A DNA stretch of 64,000 nucleotides from Okamejei kenojei (lineage: Eukaryota): NCBI GenBank assembly GCA_035221665.1, contig CM069133.1:99696001-99760000 (forward strand). The letters are read 5' to 3'. Positions 24,918-37,049 of the stretch are shown here, piece after piece. Within the stretch, counting starts at the first letter, position 1; each line of letters starts with the position of its first letter. The notes beneath the pieces were generated by a model. The model searched no databases. It saw nothing but the letters and a program-made list of their open reading frames with translations, and was not told the origin of the DNA. The position numbers and the translations under genes are program-made.

Positions 24918-25228
24918 GGGTGGCACAGTGGCGCAGCAGGTAGAACAGCAGTCTCACAGCGCCAGAGACTTGTTTCAATCCCGACCTTGGGTGCTGTCTG
25001 TGTGGAGTTTGCACATTCTCCCTGTGGCCACGTAGGTTTCCTCCAGGTGTTCCGGTTTCCAGCCACATCCCAAAGATGTGCGGATTTGTAGGTTAATTGG
25101 CCTCTTCAAAATTGCCCCTGTGTAAGGAGTGGATGTGAAAGTGAGATAATACAGTGTTAGTATGATGGTTGGTGTTGACTCAGTGGGCTGAAAGGCCTGT
25201 TTCCAAGGCCATATCTCTAAATAAAACT
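24918..25228 (+). mobile_element. tRNA-derived V-SINE (HE1-like)
   Basis: A-box tggcgcagcagg, degenerate B-box, V-domain tgtgtggagtttgcacattctccctgtg...ggtttcctcc, CR1-like 3' end. Confidence 0.88.
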
Positions 25229-26432
25229 TGGGTCTGCTAGTTTATTCATAAATAACCACTATAAATGTGTGCAGAGTAGAGCATCAAGAAATGCTGCCGA
25301 TGGGCCTCAGTGGTGTTATGGAGTCAGGAAAAACTGATCAATGGGCCCAGCAAAATCTTACCCAAAATCCTACCCACAATTGGCCTGCTCATCGTGTGGC
25401 CAAATTCCTGCAGAAGACAGCTTCAAGAATGTCTGATAAATAGCTCACCCCAAAATCAGTTTGGATATCTTTCAGGCCCCCTTGCAGCGCAGTGCATCCG
25501 TTAATGAAATTGGTCCTTATTGGGCCACTTTACATCTGTAACATAGCTCCAATGTGACAGCCAGTTCCTCAGTTGAGTTATTTCCTTAGCTGCTCCCTGA
25601 TAAAACAACCTGCTCTTTCACATTTTAATGCTGTCTGTCAAAAGTCTTAACTGCCTAACAAAGTCTGTTTGAACATTTGCTTTCATTTAATGTTCTTTTT
25701 TAAATCTACTGAGATTTATTTTGTTTCAACAAATATCTATTAAAGTCACTCCTAGTCATTAATTACAAATCAGAGAAAAATTGAATAAGATCCCTTCCTG
25801 TCAAAAGTTTTTTTTTTGTTGGAAAATATACCTCCTATTGTTTAGATGCTCTAGGGGGAGAGGTCTCTTTTTCCATTCTATCCATTCGAATAACTCCCAC
25901 TACAAAATAACATGCAGGATTTGCAATTTCAAAATCAAATAATGTACAGGATATCAGATTACTGAATCAAGGAAGTTATAAATTCACCTGGCGTGTGAGG
26001 AATGGTAATAGATAACAGCCAGTGTTAAATCTTCATATCAATCACAACAGCATCAAAGATCAGACATATGGTCAATCGATACCACAAAGGGTCAGACACA
26101 TATACCCCACCAGGGATTTAACACATACTCACCTCCAGTATTACCCAAGATCAAATACACATTTCAAAAGAGAACATATCAAACTTCAACTCAGTTCCTT
26201 CAGCATCTTGAAAGAAGTGATTTGAAAATCTAATTGTAAACATATTCACATACATTTAAATCATCATTTAAATTAGCAACATAGGCATAAAATTAGATTA
26301 GTTAGCCCCTTGAGCCTGTTTCATTGTTTAATTAGATTATGATTGATTTGTACCATTAGACCCTTTACATGTCTTTGATCCCTTGACATCATATCACAAT
26401 GAAAATCTATTTTCATATTTATTATTATTTTC

Positions 26433-26711
26433 AGGTCAGGTCGGGGGGAGATCCCCCCCCCCCACGGGTACCATGTAATCCCGTGCTACCTGCTCCATGG
26501 CCGGATAGTCGGCGACTAAACCGTCTCCCCCACCTGGTTTGCCAGGTGAGGAAGGGGCTGTGGACCCCCAGCAGGGCAAAAAAAAAGACCAGTCATAGGG
26601 TGGATGAAGCTCCCAGTGATCAAACCACACTTCAGTAGAAGTCGCGATCACTGTCGTGCATAGCATTGTAAGGCGTCGTGCCCGTTGATGTTTTCAACGA
26701 TGATGATGATG
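26433..26711 (+). mobile_element. Short structured retroposon with (GAT)n tail, probably RTE-mobilised
   Basis: GC-rich island in AT-rich DNA; (GAT)n tail at 26698-26713; TSD attattttc at 26424-26432 and 26712-26720. Confidence 0.75.
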
Positions 26712-27014
26712 ATTATTTTCTATCCTCAAAATTTTTATTGAACCAGCACAGTTATTAAAGGGCAACTTTTCAGATTCCTGACATACTTTGCACAAACAAA
26801 ATGATTCTCAGTTTTACTTCTAAATGGCCTAATTCTCATTTTTAACATTGTACCTTCTCATCCTAGTTTCTCCCATTGGGGAAAAAAGCTTAATTATTTA
26901 TTGTATCAAATCCTTCTCTAATTTTAGACAACTCAATTGGATCACCACCCACCCCACCACCTCACCCCAGCTCTGAGGTGCAGTAAAATGTTGCAGACAA
27001 TGGAGATCATCCAA

Positions 27015-27260
27015 ATCCTGACCTCCAGGGCTGTCTACATGAGTTGGCACATTCCGGCTGTGACATGTGGGTTCCCTGGGTGTCTTGGATTCCTCCCACA
27101 TCACAAAAAGGTGTAGATGATAACTGTGTGATGGAATCTGAGGGGAGTTTAATGTAAATTTGCGGGAACTAAATTGGGAAGAGGATAAATGGCTACTGGA
27201 TATTCAGAGAAGACCTTGTGGGCTGAAGGGCATGTTTTATTGCTTTATGACTCTATGACC
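27015..27260 (+). mobile_element. Degenerate V-SINE
   Basis: V-domain remnant and gggctgaagggc...tatgactctatgac tail. Confidence 0.6.
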
Positions 27261-27944
27261 TTAGTATAGGATAAATATGTCCAGCACGACTCATAACTAT
27301 TTGAAACCCAGTGTAAATCTTGTGAATTAGGACTAGACTGCATTCCAAAGTAATTTTGTTTTCTGAGATGCAAAGGTCAAAACTGTGCTAAACAGACATG
27401 GCCTTGACCAAAATTCCATACAATTGAAAGGAAATTTCCTCCCTTTGTATTCAAACTCCCTCCTGGTCACTTTTTTTTATATCTACACACTAACCTTTAG
27501 TGATTTGTTCACATCCAAATCATCCCATTGCTCATGCACAAAATTCTTGCTACTTTAAAAACATTCTGACTTTCCTTTCTTTATACTTTTATCTATATCA
27601 CCCTCTATTCCTCATTCCAAAATGCTATCTGCAGTTTTCAATATATAGTTTTCTATTATGTCAATCAACACATGGGCAAATACAATGAATAACTCGAGTT
27701 CCAATATTTACCCCCAAAAAATGGGGCCAATGGCACACCATGGTATAGTTATGCCTGCACTGCTAATCAGTCACAATCAATCTTCTGCTTCAACTATCTG
27801 CTACCGCATTATTCTCATTGCCTTTGCTTCTCCTGGTATCCATATGCCTTGCAATACCTGTCTTTTTATTGTCTCAGAAAATTAGCATCAATAGTTCACT
27901 GTGCGAAAAATTCAAAAATTCACGGAACTACAGTGATTACATTT

Positions 27945-28780
27945 CCTCTCATTGCAGTACAACCTGCTTCAAAAAGACCATAATCATCCCAGTGCCAAAG
28001 CAAAATAAGGTAGCCTCCTTTAATGACTGGCCTCTTTTAATGACCGCCCACTGGCTCTGGCATCCTCCATCATGAAGTACTATGAGAGGCTCGTCGTAGT
28101 GCACACCAGCTCTTGTTCTCCATTCAGCTTTGATCCAATGCAATTTCCCTAATACTGTAACAGGTCTGCAGCATCTCCCTGGCCCTACATGACTCAGCCC
28201 TAGAACAATGGGATAACCAGGACACCTATGTCAGACTCCTGTTTATTGACTACAGTTCCACCCTCAACACCATAATTCCAACCAAACTCATCTCCAAACT
28301 TCTGGATCTATGATTCAGCACTCCCCTCTGTAACTGGATCTTTGACTTGCTGAACTATAGACAGCAATCAGGAGGAGTAGGCGACAAAACATCCACCACG
28401 ATAATTCACCAGCGCCCCACAAGCCTGCTTTCTCAACCCCTTATTGTACTGCATATACAGTCTGATTTTGCTCTAACTCCAATTAGAAATTTACAGATGA
28501 CACAGTGGATGGATCTGCAACAATAACAAGACAGCATACAGGAAAGAGAAAGAGAACTTAGTAACCTGATGTCAAAACAACAACATCTCAGAAGTGGGGT
28601 GGAGTTTATGCTCAATGGTGCAGAAGTAGAAGTGGTTGAGAGGTGTAAATATCACCAACAATTGTTCTAGTCAAGCCACATTAACACTAGTTGGAGAAAG
28701 CACACCAACTCCTTTATTTCCGCTGTTCCCTCAGAATGATTCTTACCAATTTCTACAGATGCAACATAGAATGCATCAAT
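27945..28780 (+). mobile_element. Old Rex1/Babar RT remnant
   Basis: TTCFKKTIIIPVPK...NDW; [18 protein letters not shown]; heavily degenerate. Confidence 0.75.
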
Positions 28781-29689
28781 CCAACACCATTTTGCCCTTG
28801 GTTGTCAAGTGCTGACAGAGCAAGCAGGCCACATCCCTGACTTGCATACTATAAAAATATTGAAGGATGCACCTCGTCAAAAAGTTATTTTGCAAAATTG
28901 GATTAACAAATGTCCAACAATTGTTACTTTTAAACAGTTCAAAGAAACAGAAAATAAACCGTTCAAAGCTGTTGTAAGCTGTGGAGGACCCGTTTTTGCA
29001 TTCTCATCACAGCTTACTTTCCTATCGAGCCTTTATCTTCAGCAAACGGATGCATTACCCCAAGTCTCATTGCCTACCTCATTGTAACAGATTAAAAATT
29101 AAAAGGAGCAAGCATTGATTCTTGCAGTACCCCACTACTTACATCAGACATGTGAAAATGTATTTAATAAAACATTCTGAGTCTCAGTTTTACATTATTC
29201 ATTTCTCAATCAATTTGAATATGTTTTTCCTTTTGCCATGTCCTAATTTTGCAAAATAACTTTTTAATGAGGTACATCATTGAATATTTTTTACCATCCA
29301 AATAGAAAATGTCTGCTGATTCATCCCATCTGTCCTACTGTTCTAACCCTCAGACTATTCTAATAGATATATTAAACATGATTTCCCATATTATACTTCT
29401 TGAAGTATCCTTGACTATATTGTCCCGATTGCACAATAATCTACATGAAGAAACACAAATTGAATAAACTATTTATCTAGAAATTTGTTGGTGCCATGCA
29501 CTGGTGTTGTAATCATACAAACAGTGCATTTTGCATAGAGCTCATAATCAATATTGCGACGTTATGTTCTATTGTAGCTTTCAAGTTATGAGGAAATAAT
29601 CAAGCTTTAAACCTGCAGTAAAATTACATGTCATGTACAAAGAAAATACCAATTAAGATCAAGCTACCCCTCGGGCCTGTTCCACCATT

Positions 29690-30308
29690 TAGACAATAGA
29701 TAGAATAGACAATAGGTGCAGGAGTAGGCCATTTGGCCCTTCGAACCAGCACCGCCATTCAGTGTGATCATGGCTGATCATCCCCAATCAGTACCCTGTT
29801 CCTGCCTCCTCCCCATATCCCCTGACTCCGCTATTTTTAAGAGCCCCATCTAGCTCTCTCTTGAAAGCATCCAGAGAACCTGCCTCCACTGCCCTCTCAG
29901 GCAGAGAATTCCACAGACTCACAACTCTGTGAGAAAAAGTGTTTCCTCGTCTCCGTTCTAAATGGCTTACTCCTTATTCTTAAATTGTGGCCCCTGGTTC
30001 TGGACTCCCCCAACATCGGGAACATGCTTCCTGCCTCTAGCGTGTCCAAGCCCTGAACAATCTCATATGTTTCAATGAGATTCCCTCTCATCCTTCTAAA
30101 CTCCAGAGTGTACAAGCCCAGCTGCTCTATTCTCTCAGCATATGACAGCCTCGCCATCCCAGGAATTTACCTTGTAATCCTACTCTGCACTCCCTCAATA
30201 GCAAGAATGACCTTCATCAAATTAGGGGACCCAAACTGCACACAATACTCCAGGTGTGGTCTCACTAGGGCTCTGTACAACTGCAGAAGGACCTCTTTGC
30301 TCCCATAT
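29690..30308 (-). mobile_element. 5'-truncated CR1
   Basis: ORF 29897-30157 (RLSYAERIEQLGLYTLEFRRMRG); tail tagacaa repeats on the plus strand. Confidence 0.9.
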
Positions 30309-32346
30309 TAGATTTCATACGTTTATCACTAATTTATACTGTTGCTAAGATGTAATTCTTTGTATTTTCTTGTTCTTTGATGAATACCCTTTTACATGCC
30401 TGATTCTATGATTCAGAAACTATATGTTGCAAGGCAAAGTTTAATATGTAATGCAAGCGTTGCCTGTACTGAATGCGTGCTGATTTATATTTCACCAATT
30501 GCGAATGACTGAGCAATCTGGAAACACCTATACAGAACCAAGCCCAAATAGTAGAAGAGTGACCACTTTGGGAATAGTACTTCGAGAACCTAGTAATATG
30601 AGAAAAAACAATTTGGGGGTGTTTTTAATCTATCTTACAATGGCTTGAAGTCAGCCTTTCATTAATTTATTTACCAGTCAGGTTAATCAGTGGTAGTCTT
30701 CCCTCTTCCCCAGGCTACAACCAGTAGATGCCACATGAAATTAATTCTTCATTCCTTCAAGAAACACTAGGACATAAAGAGCTGGTACTCAGCTCAGAGA
30801 GTACCTTAACAGGTGGAATGAAAAATGTCAATGGTAAAAAAATACTAAGTATTGTAGAATGTGCCTTCTTTTGTGTTCTTTGTCCAGTTTAAGAAGCTTA
30901 CTAAACTCACCTCTCTCGGAGCATTATTTGAAGAAATTGTTCAGAAACTTACCTTCTTGATTCTGATCACACTTGCAAGCTCCTCAAATAAATTCTGTGC
31001 AATTTTATTCATGCTGCCTTAAACATTTGTGTTAATCATTTTAGTTTGTAGCTTAAAATGTGCTTAACATGTAACTATTGATTTAGCTCTTCCATTCTAA
31101 CATGGTTCAACGTTGTGAACTGATAGCAGATTGAGCCCAGGTGCGGCCTTCACCCTTTGTTTGTCAATGTTAACAAAGATTGCACTGTTTGTAACCATTT
31201 TCCTGTGCAGCATATTTATTCATCTTCAACACATACACCATGTCCTTTTTGATTAACTGTGAGCATATGGGGTTAACTATCTCAGACTATAAAATCAAGT
31301 GAATGAATTCAATAAAAAAAAGTTTACAGAAGAAACCCAGGTAACTGGTAGTGCCATAAAAATGGAATGGAGATGAGCTCATGCTATTTTTGTTCAGCTG
31401 AAATGATCTATTGTACAAATGTCCTCTCCCTGCTTGGTACCACCTGCTATTAAACTGACAGAAGAAATACCACCTGTAGACAATGAGTAATGTCTGTTTC
31501 ATGCCTTGCCTAAAACACTTGAAGATGGCGTATGGATTAGTTTAGTAACAGCAGTCTTCAGATTTTCAGGCAGAGCGTCTTCTTAAATTATATACCTCAT
31601 ACAACCTGGAAGGTCATTATGGCTCGTCATTTCTTTCTCGCTGGAACGTTTTAAAGGCAGATTAGTCACAGATCACAAATTTCAAGTTTTTATTGGTGAA
31701 TAATACTCCTTAAAGTTACAGAAATTCTCCTGGGTATACAATTATTTTATACATCTGCTGCTGCTTTACCAATGTGTTTGATGTTTTCCATTTGCAGACC
31801 AGATATTTGTTTCACGTCTTAATAGCAAAAAGAGACTGAATCATTTGCGAGTAATACCAAACCAGTCGCTTCCCTTACTTAGTAATAAAGGACTGGCAAC
31901 CTTAGTAGGACAATTATTCTTGGAGTCAAATGCATGAATGCCAATTGGGATACAACCAATTTGTTTCTTATGGGGAATACTCTATGATATTTAAATTGGA
32001 AAGTCAGGTGGAAATTGTGATGATTTAGACATGTTTTCCTTTATAGGGATAACTGAATGCAAGATTTGGAAACATGAGAGACAACCAGCATGCATATCGA
32101 GCATATAAACTTGTGGAATTGATAGCAATGGCAATGACTCAGTTAAAACAATGATAAATTGATCAGTCTATTTTTGATCCCTCATTTTTTTCAATATCTT
32201 ATGACTTTAAAGTTGGCCTAAATCCTTCCCTAAGAACTCCCTCCCTAATACCACCTGTAATCACATTTTGTAATTCATCTTCATACACTCAAAGCACTAT
32301 TAGTTCAACGGTTCCATGGTGACCACTATTAAATCTTCGCTGCTCA

Positions 32347-32960
32347 AGGGCCTGTCACATTTGGGCATCATTTTCTTGTCATTTACGCGACAGGCCAGTA
32401 GCGACTGTCGCGGGAAAATCGTCTAGCAGTACGACAGTCGTGCGCCAACTGCTCTTGAGGGCCCTGCTTCTTATGGGAGCCATTTGCGATGTCATTCGTA
32501 CTTAGGCCAATCTCCATGGCAAGGATTTTCCCAGTGAAAATCTTTCAAAACTTTATCCCCGGGTGATTATGTGGTGCTGCGCTCAATTGATGCGCAAATG
32601 TTGTGCCGACAGCGTAGGGCGGCGCATGGTTACGGACGATGTTGCACGGTGATGCATAATAAATTAGCATAGGCAATGTTCGTGCAGCACCGTGAGTAAC
32701 CCTGCGTCACCACGCGCTACACGTACGCCGTCAGTACGTTAGCGTACGCCATCAGTATGTCAGCATGCGCATGGGATACATCACGCAGGTGGTGCGCGAG
32801 GATTTTGAGCATTACAAAATCCTGGGGTGTCACGCTACCACACGTCACTACATACGCCAACACGCCTCACCAGGCGCCATGCACGCATCATGGCGTGCCA
32901 ACCAATTTTTAGGATGTCGCGTAAATGACGCACAAATGACGCCCAAGTGGAACAGGCCCT
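32347..32960. mobile_element. PIF/Harbinger-type MITE (614 bp)
   Basis: ~46-bp imperfect TIRs agggcctgtc...tttacgcgaca; 3-bp flanks tca/tta; CpG-rich interior. Confidence 0.85.
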
Positions 32961-33084
32961 TTAGTGTTCACGTTCTATTCACTTAATGTACATAGCCTTT
33001 GCCGCTAGGCTTTACATTGTGCCTTCAGATGTTTATTATTTAAAAAAATCTATATAAATGCTATGGAACTGCAATGGAACTCAC

Positions 33085-33325
33085 CCAGACAGTTGTGATT
33101 TTGTGGAATTCTCTGCCACAGAAGGCAGTAGAGGCCAATTCACTGGATGAATTTAAAAGAGAGTTAGATATAGCTCTAGGGGCTAGTGGAATCAAGGGAT
33201 TTGGGGAGAAGGCAGGCACGGGTACTGATTGTGGATGATCAGCCATGATCACAATGAATGGCGGTGCTGGCTCAAAGGGTCAAATGTCCTCCTCCTACAC
33301 ATATTTTCCATGTTTCTGTGTTTCT
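33085..33325 (+). mobile_element. CR1 3' end
   Basis: LWNSLPQKAVEANSLDEFKRELD; CR1 3' UTR. Confidence 0.85.
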
Positions 33326-33330
33326 AAATC

Positions 33331-33603
33331 GAAGATGGACACAAAATGTAGGAGTAACTCAACAGGACAGGCAGCATCTCTGGAGAGAAGGTATCTCTGA
33401 AGAGAAAGAAAGAAACCAGCATCTGCAGTTCTTTCCTACACATTTTGCCTGCTCCACTGCAAAATCTCCTCAAGGTATGTCTACTTTGAAGAAGTTCTCC
33501 TCCTCTCTCTGACGAGAGTTCAACAATAACATTTTACTCATTCCTTCTCTCCAGAGATGCTGCCTGTCCTGCTGAGTTATTCCAGCATTTTGTGTCTATC
33601 TTC
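33331..33603. mobile_element. Penelope pLTR-derived fold-back element
   Basis: 61-bp inverted repeats 33331-33391 / 33543-33603 (56/61 match) made of pLTR sequence. Confidence 0.75.
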
Positions 33604-34241
33604 TATATCAATGCAAGTTGTTTTGTAAATTACAAATAGTTCTGAATTCATAGTGGCTGTAAATGGCAGGTTGACAATGTTGAACAGTGTGACAATGTGA
33701 TAGGAGACAGAATATTTTAAGTGCATTATTTCTCAACCATTTATTTTTGTTATGTACATTCTTCTGAAGCTGCATTAACTTTAAAATGTCTTTATATTAA
33801 AACTTTTGAGCATTTCATGTAATAATTTATATCTTGCTTATGAAAATGTGCACTTTCTAAACTGTGGAAGTTGGTGATTTTGTTAACATTTCCCTAAAGT
33901 TTTGACTTCCATAATTCTTGCATATCCTGGAAATGCTTGTCAGTAACTGACATACACACAATTTCATGAAACATTTTAAGAAGCAGGAAATTTATGATCA
34001 ATAAATTTAAGGAAGGCAATTAAAGATATCATTACAGTAAATGGCAATTGTAAAAAAATGTGATGAAAGTATGCAGGGGGCTGGAAAGATTTGAGAATGT
34101 AGGAATATTATGCTTACCAATGTCCCTCCTAATCCTACCAGAACCGTAAACACATTTCCATTCGTTGTTCTCAGATTGTGGCACAAAGTTACTACCCATC
34201 CTCATTTGCCCTGAAGAGAAAACAGTGGACCATTTCTATAA

Positions 34242-34478
34242 ACGGCCTGTCCCACCTGGCGATTTTTTTCGGCGACTGCCGGCATCATTGACTGACGTAT
34301 CGGGGTCGCCGAACGATTTTTAACATTGCAAAATCCAGCGGTGTGAAAAAAAATGTTGCAACACTTGAGGCGTCAATATGTCATCACGTCGCATCACGCC
34401 GCGACTTTTTCGGTGACCTGATACATCAGTCAATGATGCCGGCATGTGCTGAAAAAATCGCCAAGTGGGACAGGCCCT
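34242..34478. mobile_element. PIF/Harbinger-type MITE (237 bp)
   Basis: ~60-bp TIRs (ggcctgtcccac...ggcatcattgactga); perfect TAA TSD at 34239-34241 and 34479-34481. Confidence 0.9.
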
Positions 34479-34680
34479 TAAGCCTTTGCTGTGGTTGTCA
34501 TATCAGATCGTAAAATCACTACCAAGTGCTCCCAAATCCCTGGAGTTCCCGACAATACATATTGGCAAATCATCCATATTTTTTACAAAAGCTCTGAAGC
34601 ACCAGAGGTAATTTTGAAGAAAGTATCTGCTATTTAAGCTTAATGTGGTTGAAAAACATTATGTCATTGTTCATTACATA

Positions 34681-36152
34681 TTCAATTCAATTCAAATTTA
34701 ATGTCATTGCACAGATACAAGTATGGTACAACGAAATGCAGTTTAGTGTCAGTACGTATGATAGCAATGTTTAGATAAATACAGATAAATAAATACAGAT
34801 GTGGGAATCTATCGGCGGGACTCCGAGTTCAGCAGTGCGATGGTGTTATTGTAGAAGCTACGCCTCATCCTGCTGGTGCGGGACCTGAGGCTCCTGTACC
34901 GCCTCCCCGATGGTAGGAGGGCAAACAGTCCATGGTTAGGGTGGGAGGGGTCCTTGATGATCTTCCCAGCCCGTCTCAGACACCGTTTTCGGTGGAGGGC
35001 ATCCAAAGCAGGGAGCGGGGCACCGATGATGTGCTGGGCAGTTTTCACCACCCGTTGTAGTGCCTTCCTGTCTGCTACGGTGCAACTGCTGTACCATACC
35101 GTAAAGCAGGTGGTCAGGATGCTTTCGATGGTACAGCGGTAGAAGTTGGTCAGGATCTGGGGGACAGGTGGGCTTTTTTGAGCCTCCTCAGGAAATAAAG
35201 GCGCTGCTGCACCTTTTTGACCAGCTTGGAGGTGTTGAGGGACCAGGACAGATCCTCCGAGATGTGTACCCCGAGGAATTTGTAGTTGGAGACCCGCTCC
35301 ACCTCAGTCCCGTTTATATGGATGGGGTGTGTCAGCCCCCTCTGTTCTTCCTGAAGTCGACAATGATCTCCTTCGTCTTTTGGGAGTTAAGGACGAGGTT
35401 GTTATTGGCACACCAGGTTGTCAGGTGCTGGACCTCCTCCCTGTAGGCTGACTCGTCGTTATCGCTGATCAGTCCTACCACCGTGGTGTCGTCGGCAAAT
35501 TTTATGATGGCGTTGGAGCTAAACTTAGGGATGCAGTCATGGGGTGAAGAGAGAGTAGAGGAGAGGACTGAGCACACAGCCTTGTGGCACGCCAGTGTTC
35601 AGTGTTATAGTGGAGGAGGTGAGGTTGTTGATCCTAACAGACTGGGGTCTGTTAGTGAGGAAATCCAGTGTCCAATTGCAGAGGGAAGTGGAGATGCCAA
35701 GAACCGCTGAGTTTGGTGATCAAGCTAGCGGGTATGACAGTGTTAAAGGCGGAACTGAAGTCAATGAACAGCAACCTGATGTAGGTGTTATTGCTGTCCA
35801 GGTGGGTCAGGGCAGAGTGTAGGGCCGCAGATATGGCGTCTTCTGTTGACCTATTGGTCCGGTAGGCAAACTGATGGGGGTCCAGTGTGGGGGGGAGGCT
35901 GGCTTTGAGGTGAGCCAAGATCAGCCGCTCGAAGCACTTGGCGATGACAGGGGTGAGTGCCACTGGCCGGAAATCATTGAGACTCCCTGTCGCTGATTGT
36001 TTGGGCACTGGCACAATGGTAGATGTCTTGAGGCAAGTGGGGACGACACCCTGGGCCAGTGACAGATTGAAGATGTCAGTGAGGACCAGGGATAGTTGTC
36101 CAGCACATGCCCTGAGCACCCGCCCGGGGATGCCATCGGGGCCGGCAGCTTA
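34681..36152 (-). mobile_element. Rex1/Babar LINE, 5'-truncated, with TSD
   Basis: ORFs 35652-36119, 35332-35577 and 34809-35051 ([27 protein letters not shown]); (TTGAA)n tail; TSD tgttcattacatatt at 34668-34682 and 36153-36167. Confidence 0.95.
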
Positions 36153-36884
36153 TGTTCATTACATATTTGCAGTTGTTTGATTTCTTTAAACATATTAAAT
36201 GGTATGTTAGCTAGAAAAGTAAGGAAATGCTGATCTGAAAATATTTATCTCATTGTACTAAAAGGTGCAGTGTTGCACAAGTTCATCTCAACTCAGCTGA
36301 GAGTTGTCCTTTCAATCTGAAGCAATGGTGGTGTTTATAAATTAGTAGAGAATAATGTTACTGCCAAAAAATGTAGATCTGCTTTTCAGCTAGCCAATGG
36401 CAACATGCCTCTCAGCTAAATTTCACAATTTTGATAGCTTATTTCATGTTATTACTTGCATTTGCAATCTGTTGTTGCTTAGTGTAAACTCAATATATTA
36501 AGCAAAGTCTAATCCATCAATCTAATTTATGGCAAGTGCTCTTCCAATAAATGTTTAATAATGTTCTTTTGCCAAGGAAATTCCAGCAGAGGTAATCAAA
36601 CGTTTTGAAAAGCTTTAAAATATTTGTAAGGAGTGTATAGACAACAAAAATATAGACCAGTTTGTGTGATTCTTCGATAGCATTTTAATTATTACTTCCT
36701 CAAATTTTTTACATTCTAAATTGTCTAGTTTGCTCTGATGAATCATCTCCCAAAAGATCAGATTAGTTCCATTTGTCCTACTCTCCAACTGATCTGATTG
36801 GTACTTGTTGCTTGCTATTCAAATTGACCAACTGGTTGATCGTGAGAACTTCCAAAGAAATAGATAGGTTTGTTTTGCAAAAGG

Positions 36885-36982
36885 ATACAAAGTGCAAAAG
36901 GTACAAAGAGTAAGATCAACAGGTTAGGCAGTGTCCCTGGAGAACATGGATAGGTAACGTTTTGGGTCGAGACCCTTCTCTT
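36885..36982 (-). mobile_element. Degenerate Penelope pLTR fragment
   Basis: Minus strand gaagggtctcgacccaaaacgttacc, a mutated hammerhead motif. Confidence 0.6.
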
Positions 36983-37049
36983 GCAAAAGATCCTTTTGTC
37001 TTGCAAAATCTTGGCTATCTGACAGATATGATTAAATGTGGATTACCTA

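Noticed and set aside
24918-24990. tRNA gene (also at 39284 and 61879)
   Set aside because: tRNA-like heads of V-SINEs; no complete cloverleaf
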